64,000 nucleotides of DNA, taken from positions 325,810,001-325,874,000 of the forward strand of contig OZ024741.1 in the NCBI GenBank assembly GCA_964016885.1, read 5' to 3'. Positions within the stretch are counted from its first letter, which is position 1, and every line of letters begins with the position of its first letter. The translations under genes were made by a program, and so were the position numbers. The notes beneath the pieces were generated by a model. The model saw nothing but the letters and a program-made list of their open reading frames with translations. It was not told the DNA's origin and did no database searches. The DNA is from Eledone cirrhosa. Lineage: Eukaryota. Shown here one piece after another: positions 39,040-50,294 of the stretch.

Positions 39040-39610
39040 GTTGAGGAAGAGAGCAAAAGGAAGAAAGGAGAACTTGCACAAAACGCTCCTGGAGTTGAGG
39101 GTTGTTCTATCGACGGGGTATTAAACAACCCATTTGTGGCGCCTCCCCCCTATTGGGGATTTCGATTGTTGAAATTGTTTGTTTTTATATTTTTTACACG
39201 ACTGTATGTAAAATCCCCGGCATGTCTTTGTATTGTCCCCTTTTCTTGTTGCGCCCTTGTGGCTAATAAAGAAATCTATCTATATAAAACATAAAGAGTG
39301 CGGCGGGTTGGCAGTATCGGTAAAACGCTGGACAACATGCTTTGCAGCACATAGTTATGGCCATTTATGTTCTGAATTCAAATTTCGCCAAGGTTAACTT
39401 TGCCACTTATTCTTGTCGATAAAATAAAGTAGAAAAGTATTGGTATCAATTTAATTGACATTTCCCGAACCCTCTTCAAATCGCTGGCCTTGTGCCAAAA
39501 GTAGAAGCAATTGCATATAATATAGAAATCATTATATATGTATATGTACATGTATATATATATATACATACATATACACACACAGACACACACACACATA
39601 TATATATATG

Positions 39611-39678
<68 letters not shown>

Positions 39679-40145
39679 TAAAAAAAAAATATATATATAT
39701 GTATGTATGTGTATATGGTACATATATATTCTTTTCTTTCACTTTCATTTACTGATTTCTCACATTTGACAAGGGCAACACCTTAAATAGACTCAATCAA
39801 TCATATCAACAATAGTAATGTTTTTCAAGTTCAATACTTATTTTATCGATCCCCCTTTTCCCCGCCTCCGTTACGCTATGGCTATAAACAAATAGGAAAC
39901 ATAAATATGGAAGCACATACACACAGCATAACGTTCACACATATTCATTTTTGTCTTCTTTTTTTTAAATTATGGGTTTTTTCTTACCTTTCACTTACTA
40001 ATTGTAATTATTCTCACTGACTCTCATACTTCATTATTTCTTCACCTCTTCTCAGTCCTCCCACCCCTCTCTCTCTTCTCACACACACATATATACATAC
40101 ATATGTATGTGTCTGTGTATACACACACACACACATATATATATA

Positions 40146-40247
<102 letters not shown>

Positions 40248-40279
40248 TATGTATATATATATATATATATACATATATA

Positions 40280-40722
40280 CTAGACCTGAAAAATGCCCAA
40301 GCTCAAAAGAGCCACAGAATGTTATAATAAACCTTCAAAAGTGTGGGACTAGAGTTGTTGCTCAAAAATATTGTAATCATTATCTATCGTACAATCTGTG
40401 GCATCTTTTTATAAAAAAGAGACTCATAACGAACTCAAGCCGACACGATAATTATTTAAGCTAATGTTCAATATCTCATATTAGATGTTTAGTAATGATT
40501 AATATGAAATGCACTTAACCCGGAATTCTATATTATAAATTCACTTAAATAATTATCGTGTCGTCTTGAGTTCGTTATGAGTCTCTTTTTTATAAAAGGA
40601 TGCCACAGAATGTACGATAGATAATGATTACAATATTTTTGAGCAACAACTCTAGTCCCACAGTTTTGAAGGTTTATTATAACATTCTGTGGCTCTTTTT
40701 AGCTTTCCATTTTCAGCTCTAG
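40280..40722. mobile_element. MITE-like element with ~180-bp terminal inverted repeats
   Basis: 40280-40460 is the reverse complement of ~40544-40722 (CTAGACCTGAAAA...TTTTCAGCTCTAG); no hammerhead core found. Confidence 0.6.
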
Positions 40723-41488
40723 TTTAATATTTTTTTAAGGCAACGCTTGTAATAACTCTAGTTAAACATGATATATATTAATAATAAATTATCGTTGTAA
40801 TGTAATTAGATTATATAATTGTTATTTTATAAATGATCTTATAAATATTATTGTAAGATGTATAAAAATATTTTCAGACTTTTAATGTAAACAACTACAA
40901 AAAACAATCAATATTAAATAAATATATTTTACATAATAATTGTTATATAATTGTTATTAATAAAAATTAAAAATTACAAACAAATAGTCTAATAATAAAA
41001 AAATAATCTAACATAATAATAATAAAATAATCTAATATAAAACGAACACTATTATGGACAAATATACAAGTAAATATGATACAATCAATATTATAAGCAT
41101 GTTATAAGGAACTGAAAAAAAAAAGTTAATAAAAATTAAAAAAAATCATATATAAATTAACAATATAACTTACCAAAACGAGAAAAATATTTTGATCATA
41201 AACGACGAAATACAGGAGGAAGATTTGAAAGCAAAACGATAAATAAACGTGCAAACAAAGTGGCGGATGCTTTTGAGCAACAATTACTCTCATTGGTTGA
41301 TTAGCCAATAAGACGATGAAATTAGCCACTAAGACGATACATTACAAAAGATGTTTGGTAGTGATCACCACGGCCAGCGAAACCCCTTGAACTTTTTATT
41401 CACAAGCTTCGCATATATGTCAGACATGCAGGCTTAAAACATTCTGTTGTTAGTCACTGCGTGTCTAACAGATATGTATATATATATA

Positions 41489-41762
41489 TATATAAGTATG
41501 TATACGTACATACATATATGTATACAGACGTACAGTAGTATGTATATATAGAAAGTATATACTTTCCTTATGCATATTAACGGCTGAGCAGCCTAATTTG
41601 CATATCGAGTGAGTTAGTTGGTGGGGCGTACCGAAAACGATAAATGGAAAAAATGAAATTTCATTTCTCACTCTTAGTACGACTGATACTTAAATATAAG
41701 TATGTATACGTACATACATATATGTATACAGACGTACAGTAGTATGTATATACATACATACA

Positions 41763-41766
<4 letters not shown>
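41489..41766 (-). repeat. Fragment of family F, left of the PLE
   Basis: Reverse complement of ~47445-47660. Confidence 0.7.
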
Positions 41767-41837
<71 letters not shown>

Positions 41838-42005
41838 ATACTTTGGGAGGGTCATGTTGCCAATAAGAAACACACGCACCAGTTGCTTTCACTTCAATTT
41901 ATTATATATTTATAAATTTATAAATTTACAAATTTACAAATTTACAAACTTATAAATTTCTGGTTGGTTGGTTGGTTCCACAACCAGATAGTTGTTTATA
42001 TATAT

Positions 42006-42050
42006 AGTCATAGTCCTTTCGTCACACACTCTGTGACCTCTTCAGTGACT
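42006..42050 (-). ncRNA. Hammerhead ribozyme in inverted pLTR
   Basis: Reverse complement of 46299-46343. Confidence 0.8.
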
Positions 42051-42749
42051 GGGGATTCCTTTCTTCGTTTCTGTGCCTTTCCTTTATTCTATCCTACGCC
42101 ATTTTGTTTCTGTGTGTGTGTTGTGTGCTCAGTTTGCGCATGCGCCACATCCGGGTGTCTGTGTGTGTTTGTGTTCATTTTTCTATTTTTCTATTTATAT
42201 TTTTCTATTTGTTTATTTATTTATTTATTTATTGTTGGTTGGTTGTTTGTTCTATGTGTGTGTGTGTTTTCATTTTGTCCTGTGTGTGTTTTCATTTTGT
42301 GTGTGTTTTCAATTGTAAGTTGTTTGTTCTATGTGTGTGTGTGTTTTCATTTTGTCCTTAATTGTAAGTTGTGATGTTGCTGTTCCACTCATATTTTCTA
42401 TTTAATTTTGGTTTTAATTCTTTTATGCTTACTGCCTCTGTAATTTGCCTAAACATTGCGTCTTTTCTGTGTGTGGATTCTATTTTTATTTCTATGCTCT
42501 CTAATCTACCCCTGTGTTCTATCTTAGCATGTTGGTAGAGCACAGATGATTCTTTATTATCTTGGAGGTCTCGCCAGTGTTCATTTATTCGTTCCCCTAT
42601 ACTACGAGCTGTCTCACCTATGTACACTATATTTTTGTTTCTACATTGTCCTTCAGTATATCTTATGCTATACACTACATTTCTAGTTTTACAGTTAATA
42701 TGGGGGCTTATTTTACAGGTTATACATTTCTTATCTATATGGTATCAAC

Positions 42750-43316
42750 ATGGCCGACACCTCATTATCTGAAGAGTTCAACAACGAAAATACCAACATT
42801 TATGGAAACACGGAAATAGATAATAATGAAATGTCTGTGTTACGTCTGCCACCCAAATTTGCGACATTCAAGAAGGTAAATATGATTAGTTGTCTGTCAG
42901 AAATAGAAAAATCATTTACAAAACTACGCTGGAGCATCAAAAACAAAAGCAACAATATACGCACACACATATACAACACACATCCCAACAACAACAGACA
43001 CACAGACACAAACAACAATAACAACAACAACAACAAAAGCAACATACCCAGATACAACAACAACAGACACGCAGACACAAACAACAATAACAACACACAC
43101 AACAACGATAACACACACATCAACAACAACAACAATAGCAACATACCCAGATACAACAACAACAGACACGCAGACACAAACAACAATAACAACACACACA
43201 ACAACGATAACACACACACACACACGGAGACAACAACAACACACATCAACAACAACACACATCAACAACAACAACACACACGCATTCAATGCCTCTCACC
43301 ACCACCACAATCTTAA
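42750..43316 (+). CDS. N-terminal segment of the PLE ORF (out of frame with the main ORF)
   Basis: EMSVLRLPPKFA...EIEKSFTKLRW resembles PLE N-termini, then runs into an N/T/H-rich low-complexity tract. Confidence 0.65.
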   Translation: MADTSLSEEFNNENTNIYGNTEIDNNEMSVLRLPPKFATFKKVNMISCLSEIEKSFTKLRWSIKNKSNNIRTHIYNTHPNNNRHTDTNNNNNNNNKSNIPRYNNNRHADTNNNNNTHNNDNTHINNNNNSNIPRYNNNRHADTNNNNNTHNNDNTHTHTETTTTHINNNTHQQQQHTRIQCLSPPPQS

Positions 43317-45991
43317 CAAACACACAGACACAGAAAACAAGTAATGACAGTAGCACAGAAATCAGAGAAATAAGAGAAAGTAATAGGATTAAAAGGAAAA
43401 GGAGATGGGAGACTAAGGACAAAGAGAATAACCAAGACGAACACACAGACACAGAAAATAGGGTAGATAACAACATTGAGCCAGTGGAAAGAGACAGGAG
43501 TAATTATGAGAGACATAGAAACGACCATGAAGCTGAGGCTGTTGGTGGAAATAGAAACAACACAACTAACAATAATAATAGCACTAGTACACATAAAGCA
43601 GCAGCCTGGAACTCTCCGTTTTATAACCCCTCCGATAAATCATTCGACCTACGACGAGTCCACGCCACGACTTTGCCATTTAACAAACGCACGCAGTTGC
43701 CGTCGCAGGTCGATGAACAAACAGAAGCACAATTTAGTATAGCTAAATCCGAACTTAGAAATATTATAGAACAGTATAGCAAGAAGCATAATAGAATAGA
43801 GGCCCAGCAACTGGGAGAAGAATCTGCAAATGGCTTGCGTAAGCTCATGCAGCGCTCGCGTAATGGAGAGATAGCATGTTTTCCAACAGACAAGTCTGGC
43901 AGAATGTCGGTTGACAGCCTGCCAAACTACATCCAGGCAATGCAACCCCACATCACTAACACAAGAGAGGTAACACCACAGGAGCATGAGGATAGAGAAA
44001 AAGCCCTCAATGCCCATATGGTGATGTGGACGAATATAATGCAGCCCAACAAAAGGACTGCCAACAACTTCCAGGCCTGGAACAATGACGTGCCGGCGTT
44101 GTATGGGCTTCGAAAAGACCATAAAACGGGCTGGGACCCTGTCGCGGGACCACCAACACGGCCAGTCTGTGGGGCTAACATTGTTAGCAACTACAGACTG
44201 TCCTACTTCCTCTCCCTGATCATACGCCCCATCATTGAGATGTCCCCAGATGTGTGTGACAGCACGGAGGACCTCCTCAGCAGAATCGGCGCGGGTAACC
44301 GATCTGGGGACCTAACAAACTGCATAATAGGCAGTATGGATGTTGTGTCCCTGTATCCATCTATTGACGTGGATTTTGCTGTGGAGAAATGCGTAGAAAT
44401 GATCAGCGAGAGCAAGGTTGAGTTCCGTGGGATTGATACCAGTGAGCTGGGACTTCTACTTAAGCTTACCCATAGTAATAGTTACCTAGACACTTATGAC
44501 CTTAGCAACCTGTGCCCTACAAGACCAGCAAGAGGCAGACCACCTACCATTACCTCAATGGCCAAGAAAACCCACACAGATAGATGGAACGGGTGGACCA
44601 GAGCCATACGGACACCCGAAAACCACGATGAACTGAAGAAAATGATTGCACATGCGGTAGGGGCCAGCATAAAATTAATCCTTAAGGAACATATGTTCAA
44701 ATTTAATGGTAAAACATATGCCCAAGAGGAAGGAGCAGCCATTGGTGTTAGCATTGCAGGCGACATAGCTAACTTATTCATGGTATGGTGGGACAATAGA
44801 CTAAAACAAAAACTTAATGAACAATTAGAAGACAGCTTAACCCTGATAATGTACTCCCGCTACGTAGATGATATAAACATCGTAGTTAAGACACCCCCAC
44901 TAAAGAACAGTCAGGAACTAGAGAAAAACACAATGGAAAGCATCCAGCAAATAGCAAACTCCATCCACCAGAGCATTAGAGTTACTATAGACTACCCAAG
45001 TAGACACCCCAACCATCGATTACCTGTACTAGACACAGAGCTCTGGTTAGATACCATTAACAACCAAAAACAAATCCTCCATTCCCATTATGCCAAACCC
45101 ATGACTTCCAAACATCTGATCCACCGAAACTCGGCCATTTCGGACCATACCAAAATCAACATACTGATTGCGGATTTGGTACGGGTGATGAGAAATGTGT
45201 CCCGCATGTGCAACCCCGAAGAACTAGAGAGACACATACAACACTTCATCCACCGTATGCAGTTCTCTGGCTACAATCAGAGAGATAGAATCAGAGTGTA
45301 TAAAGGAGCCAGAACCAAATGGGAAAAAATGGTAAATAATGACATAAATGGGACCTGCCCCTTGTATAGGAGCAAATTTTGGAATAGAATAGAAAGAACT
45401 AGGAACAAGGCCAATAGAATAAACTCATGGTATGATAGCAATAAATACAAGAGTGTAATGTTCATCAATACAACCCCTAGAGGCGAACTAGCCTACAAAT
45501 TTAGAAGGGCCCTAAATAAACATAAGCTCAATATTAAGATAGTAGAAAGACCTGGTACCTCCGTAAAAACACTTATTAGCAAGACATACCCGTTCCAAAG
45601 ACCCTCATGTATAGATAAGAAATGTATAACCTGTAAAATAAGCCCCCATATTAACTGTAAAACTAGAAATGTAGTGTATAGCATAAGATGTACTGAAGGA
45701 CAATGTAGAAACAAAAATATAGTGTACATAGGTGAGACAGCTCGTAGTATAGGGGAACGAATAAATGAACACTGGCGAGACCTCCAAGATAATAAAGAAT
45801 CATCTGTGCTCTACCAACATGCTAAGATAGAACACAGGGGTAGATTAGAGAGCATAGAAATAAAAATAGAATCCACACACAGAAAAGACGCAATGTTTAG
45901 GCAAATTACAGAGGCAGTAAGCATAAAAGAATTAAAACCAAAATTAAATAGAAAATATGAGTGGAACAGCAACATCACAACTTACAATTAA
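43289..45991 (+). CDS. Penelope-like reverse transcriptase + GIY-YIG endonuclease
   Basis: DKSG, LYGLRKDHK, RPVCGA, SMDVVSLYPSI, QEEGAAIG, RYVDD, LPVLD, CIDKKCITC linker, VVYSIRC...C...YIGETARSIGERINEH...H...E...LN. Confidence 0.95.
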   Translation: MPLTTTTILTNTQTQKTSNDSSTEIREIRESNRIKRKRRWETKDKENNQDEHTDTENRVDNNIEPVERDRSNYERHRNDHEAEAVGGNRNNTTNNNNSTSTHKAAAWNSPFYNPSDKSFDLRRVHATTLPFNKRTQLPSQVDEQTEAQFSIAKSELRNIIEQYSKKHNRIEAQQLGEESANGLRKLMQRSRNGEIACFPTDKSGRMSVDSLPNYIQAMQPHITNTREVTPQEHEDREKALNAHMVMWTNIMQPNKRTANNFQAWNNDVPALYGLRKDHKTGWDPVAGPPTRPVCGANIVSNYRLSYFLSLIIRPIIEMSPDVCDSTEDLLSRIGAGNRSGDLTNCIIGSMDVVSLYPSIDVDFAVEKCVEMISESKVEFRGIDTSELGLLLKLTHSNSYLDTYDLSNLCPTRPARGRPPTITSMAKKTHTDRWNGWTRAIRTPENHDELKKMIAHAVGASIKLILKEHMFKFNGKTYAQEEGAAIGVSIAGDIANLFMVWWDNRLKQKLNEQLEDSLTLIMYSRYVDDINIVVKTPPLKNSQELEKNTMESIQQIANSIHQSIRVTIDYPSRHPNHRLPVLDTELWLDTINNQKQILHSHYAKPMTSKHLIHRNSAISDHTKINILIADLVRVMRNVSRMCNPEELERHIQHFIHRMQFSGYNQRDRIRVYKGARTKWEKMVNNDINGTCPLYRSKFWNRIERTRNKANRINSWYDSNKYKSVMFINTTPRGELAYKFRRALNKHKLNIKIVERPGTSVKTLISKTYPFQRPSCIDKKCITCKISPHINCKTRNVVYSIRCTEGQCRNKNIVYIGETARSIGERINEHWRDLQDNKESSVLYQHAKIEHRGRLESIEIKIESTHRKDAMFRQITEAVSIKELKPKLNRKYEWNSNITTYN

Positions 45992-46191
45992 GGACAAAAT
46001 GAAAACACACACACACATAGAACAAACAACTTACAATTGAAAACACACACAAAATGAAAACACACACAGGACAAAATGAAAACACACACACACATAGAAC
46101 AAACAACCAACCAACAATAAATAAATAAATAAATAAACAAATAGAAAAATATAAATAGAAAAATAGAAAAATGAACACAAACACACACAGA

Positions 46192-46253
46192 CACCCGGAT
46201 GTGGCGCATGCGCAAACTGAGCACACAACACACACACAGAAACAAAATGGCGT
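46192..46253 (+). promoter_or_regulatory. Putative pLTR Pol II promoter motifs
   Basis: CCGGATGT (ETS-like), GCGCATGCGC (NRF1-like) and AAAATGGCG (YY1-like) in series upstream of the hammerhead; also present at 9409-9468. Confidence 0.4.
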
Positions 46254-46298
46254 AGGATAGAATAAAGGAAAGGCACAGAAACGAAGAAAGGAATCCCC

Positions 46299-46343
46299 AG
46301 TCACTGAAGAGGTCACAGAGTGTGTGACGAAAGGACTATGACT
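46299..46343 (+). ncRNA. Minimal type-I hammerhead ribozyme in 3' pLTR
   Basis: AGTCA-CTGAAGA-G-GTCAC-AGAGTGT-GTGAC-GAAA-GGAC-TA-TGACT: stem I AGTCA/TGACT, stem II GTCAC/GTGAC, CUA site. Confidence 0.82.
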
Positions 46344-46707
46344 ATATATATAAACAACTATCTGGTTGTGGAACCAACCAACCAACCAGAAATTTATAAG
46401 TTTGTAAATTTGTAAATTTGTAAATTTATAAATTTATAAATATATAATAAATTGAAGTGAAAGCAACTGGTGCGTGTGTTTCTTATTGGCAATATGACCC
46501 TCCCAAAGTATAACAATATCGGTTTCAACACACTATTTCAGATAAAGAATCTTGCTAAACAAATTCAGAAACGAAATATATATATGTACGTATGAGTTTA
46601 CCGAACATTTATTATAATGTTCGGTTTGTTTGTAAACAAACAGCCCGAATTAAGCCGTACAGTGTTTGGCAACCATCGTTGCCCTTTTGGTCAACACTGA
46701 CAAAGGA

Positions 46708-46750
46708 ACGATGAACTAGTTTCTAGCTCATTAGCTGTCATCAGCAACGT
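46708..46750 (-). ncRNA. Hammerhead ribozyme (family F)
   Basis: Minus strand: ACGTTG-CTGATGA-CAGCT-AATG-AGCTA-GAAA-CTAG-TT-CATCGT. Confidence 0.75.
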
Positions 46751-46949
46751 ATACCTTCCTGTCAATCGATTGAACGTTTGAAAGTATATGCTTTCCTTAT
46801 GCATATTAACGGCCGAGGAGCCTAATTTGCATATAATATACATACATACATGTACACATATATATATATATGTACGTATGGGTATACTTATATTTAAGTT
46901 TCAGCCGTACTAAGAGTGTGAAATGAAATTTCATCTTTTCCATTTATAA

Positions 46950-47040
<91 letters not shown>

Positions 47041-47263
47041 TATGTATACGTACATACATATATGTATACAGACGTAAAGGAACGCTCTACTAGTTTCAAG
47101 CTTATTAGCTATCGCCAGAATCCATACGTACATATATATATGTGTGCATGTGTGTATGTATATATACATACTACTGTACGTCTGTATACATATATGTATG
47201 TACGTATACATACTTATATTTAAGTAACAGCCATACTAAGAGTGAGAAATGGCAGGAAGGTAT

Positions 47264-47306
47264 ACATTGCTGACGATAGCTAATAAGCTTGAAACTAGTA
47301 CAGCGT
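47264..47306 (+). ncRNA. Hammerhead ribozyme (family F)
   Basis: ACATTG-CTGACGA-TAGCT-AATA-AGCTT-GAAA-CTAG-TA-CAGCGT. Confidence 0.75.
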
Positions 47307-47692
47307 TCCTTTGTCAGTGTTGAACAAATGAGCAACGATGGTTGCTAAACACTGTACGGCTTAATTCGGGATGTTTGCTTACAAACACACCGAGCATTAT
47401 AATAAATGTTCGGTGAATCCATACGTACATATATATAGGTGTGCATGTATGTATATATATATACATACTACTGTACGTCTGTATACATATATGTATGTAC
47501 GTATACATACTTATATTTAAGTAACAGCCGTACTAACAGTGAGAAATGAAATTTCGTTTCATTTTTTCCGTTTATCGTTTTCGGTACCCCGGCCGATTAA
47601 CTCACTCGATATGCAAATTAGGCTGCTCAGCCGTTAATATGCATAAGGAAAGTATATACTTTCAGACATTCAACCATCTGGCAGGAAGGTAT

Positions 47693-47735
47693 ACGTTGCT
47701 GACGATAGCTAATAAGCTTGAAACTAGTACAGCGT
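47693..47735 (+). ncRNA. Hammerhead ribozyme (family F)
   Basis: ACGTTG-CTGACGA-TAGCT-AATA-AGCTT-GAAA-CTAG-TA-CAGCGT; 6-bp stem I, GUA site. Confidence 0.82.
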
Positions 47736-47980
47736 TCCTTTGCCAGTGTTGAACAAATAGGCAACGATGGTTGCTAGACACTGTACGGCTTAATTCGGGA
47801 TGTTTGTTTAGAAACACATCGAGCTTTATAATAAATGTTCGGTGAATCCATACGTACATATATATATGTGTGCATGTATGTATATATATATATACATACT
47901 ACTGTACGTCTGAATACATACTTATATTTAAGTAACAACCGTACGAAGAGTGAGAAATGAAATTTCGTTTCATTTTTTCC

Positions 47981-48050
<70 letters not shown>

Positions 48051-48052
<2 letters not shown>

Positions 48053-49362
48053 CAACTAGAAATTGATTAACATATAAATATACATATGAAACAATCACAG
48101 GGGATAATTTTTACAAGTGTGCAAGCACAAATAGTTAGGTAGGTAACTAAATAAAGTTAACTAGAACTTCAAAAATAGATACCTTATAATATGATTAATC
48201 TTCCCTGTATATATTCCATTAAAGAAATATATTTCACCAATTAATCGAATGGTAAACCACGGAGGCCGATACTTGGATTTTCAACAAGGAAGAAGTCCAG
48301 CCATCTGTGTTTACGCATTAAGTTCAAATCAGCGACTGGCCAGTAACACGTGCTGTATCTACTAAAAATACACACATCATACCAGCTACGTGGACTTCTT
48401 CCATCATACCAGATGGCTGGACTTCTTCCTTGTTGAAAATCCAAGTATCGGCCTCGGTGGTTTACCATTCGATTAATTGGTGAAATATATTTCTTTAATG
48501 GAATATATACAGGGAAGATTAATCATATTATAAGGTATCTATTTTTGAAGTTCTAGTTAATTTATTTAGTTACTTACCGAGCTATGTGTGCTTGCACACT
48601 TGTAAAAAATATCCCCTGTGATTGTTTCATATGTTTATTTATATGTTAATCAATTTCTAGTTGTTATAAAATGCTCGGACCTATTCATTGGAATCTTGGA
48701 GCTTATTGTACGGGTGATATGGCGCATGCCTTTCTGGCATGACACCCATAATTTTGATTTAGATTAAATTCACTTTGATTTATCTTAATTTTGGATATAG
48801 ATATTTAAATACGGCTCCTTAATTGTGGAGCTAACTCTGTTGAAAGGACTTCACTGGTGTTTCTAGTTGCCGATAACCCTATTCACGCCACTGGGACGAA
48901 GCTGGTATGATGTGTGTATTTTTAGTAGATACAGCACGTGTTACTGGCCAGTCGCTGATTTGAACTTAATTCGTAAACACAGATGGCTGGACTTCTTCCT
49001 TGTTGAAAATCCAAGTATCGGCCTCCGTGGTTTACCATTCGATTAATTGGTGAAATATATTTCTTTAATGGAATATATACAGGGAAGATTAATCATATTA
49101 TAAGGTATCTATTTTTGAAGTTCTAGTTAACTTTATTTAGTTACTTACCTAGCTATGTGTGCTTACATACTTGTAAAAATTATCCCCTGTGATTGTTTCA
49201 TATGTATATTTATATGTTAATCAATTTTTAGTTGTTATAAAATGCTCGGACCTATTCATTAGAATCTTGGAGCTTTTTTTACGGGTAATATGGTGCATGC
49301 CTTTCTAGCATGACACCCATAATGTGGATTTGGATTAAATTCACTTTGATTTATCTTAATTT

Positions 49363-49364
<2 letters not shown>
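48051..49364. mobile_element. Inverted + tandem non-coding element (family G) between (TA)n arrays
   Basis: 48051-48387 is inverted relative to the direct copies at ~48410-48796 and ~48900-49364; no hammerhead core recognised. Confidence 0.75.
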
Positions 49365-49395
<31 letters not shown>

Positions 49396-49777
49396 CGAAG
49401 GAAATGTGGTAAGGAACCAGATAGACCATAACGCACCAAAGTACTCAATACTTAGGGTAGTAGAGTGGGTAATAGGAACGAGTAGGACCCATTCTTATTA
49501 TTCTTCTATATATTTACTCCATATTGATTTACTTATTGTTTCGACTTCCTCCCCCTCCCCCTCCCTAGTATACTTTGTTGACGTCCTGCACTTAGGATCC
49601 TGCTGTAGTTGGCACTATCAACGCCCGACTGGGTTTCCTCCATTCCCTCTCCCTCTTTCTTCTACTGGCAAGTTCAGCTACCCCTTCCTTCCACAAATTG
49701 CCATGATAAAATTATGTGTCTCAACAACAAACTTTTGACCGATCCTTGTGACAATCACTTTTACCATATATGGAATT

Positions 49778-49873
49778 ACCCCCTGAGAAGCTCGGCTATT
49801 CATGTACCAGGATAAACATTTTCATTTAGTCCAGAATTAGCCGTTGAAACGGCTTGAGCTCAGCCGTCGGGGT
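49778..49873 (+). ncRNA. Hammerhead ribozyme with extended stems (family D)
   Basis: ACCCC-CTGAGAAG-CT-CGGCTA...TAGCCG-TT-GAAA-CGGC-TTGAGCTCA-GCCG-TC-GGGGT: stem I ACCCC/GGGGT, stem III ACGGC/GCCGT, GUC site; the core has one defect. Confidence 0.7.
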
Positions 49874-49883
49874 CCTACTCTTT

Positions 49884-49943
<60 letters not shown>

Positions 49944-49949
49944 TATATA

Positions 49950-50294
49950 TAGGTTTTTACAACAATTTATTCTGAAATTTTCCATTACAAATGTTTTGAC
50001 GGGCTTGACGACTATGCTGTATATCAATCCGGTCTCTTCAGATGGTCTTCCAACATTATTTCTATTCATCCCTTATTATCTAGAGAACCCAGGGTGGAGA
50101 GATAGGGGAACTGATAAAATTCAATCTCTTCTCTCTCAATATCAGCTCCGCTATAAAAATAATTTTCGAATGACCATCTGAGGAATCCGAATTGATACAC
50201 TCTGTAGCCGTCAAACTTGTCTAAACATTTGTAATGGAAAATTTCCCTATAAATTTCCCTATAAATTTCCCTATAAATTGTTGTAAAAACCTAT
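49950..50294. mobile_element. Diverged fold-back element (family H) with degenerate hammerheads in both arms
   Basis: Minus strand 49982-50045: CCAT-CTGAAGA-GAC...GTC-AAAA-CATTTG-TA-ATGG. Plus strand 50174-50237: CCAT-CTGAGGA...GTC-TAAA-CATTTG-TA-ATGG. Confidence 0.65.

Larger units (their letters stand above)
33433..39275 (+). mobile_element. Tx1/L1-clade non-LTR retrotransposon, copy 2 (full length, decayed; different subfamily)
   Basis: ORF1, EN, RT and CCHC all present. Ends GTGGCTAATAAAGAAAT|CTATCTAT. Confidence 0.92.
41831..46577 (+). mobile_element. Penelope-like retroelement (probably Naiad-type) with 5' inverted pLTR, flanked by (TA)n
   Basis: 41831-42739 is the near-identical reverse complement of 45610-46518; RT + GIY-YIG ORF; a hammerhead in each pLTR. 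Confidence 0.93.
46584..47983. mobile_element. Array of family F hammerhead-bearing repeats (~430-bp unit, tandem and inverted), interleaved with (TA)n
   Basis: Units ~47251-47545 and ~47680-47983 are direct; 46584-46850 and 47040-47116 are inverted. A diverged copy lies at ~13660-13900. Confidence 0.8.

Noticed and set aside
37750-39081. 443-aa minus-strand ORF
   Set aside because: Antisense shadow of the GC-rich Tx1 ORF2; no recognisable motifs.
43289-46577. Selenoprotein/SECIS coding as reported for some Naiad PLEs
   Set aside because: The ORF has no in-frame TGA and ends in TAA; I recognised no SECIS.
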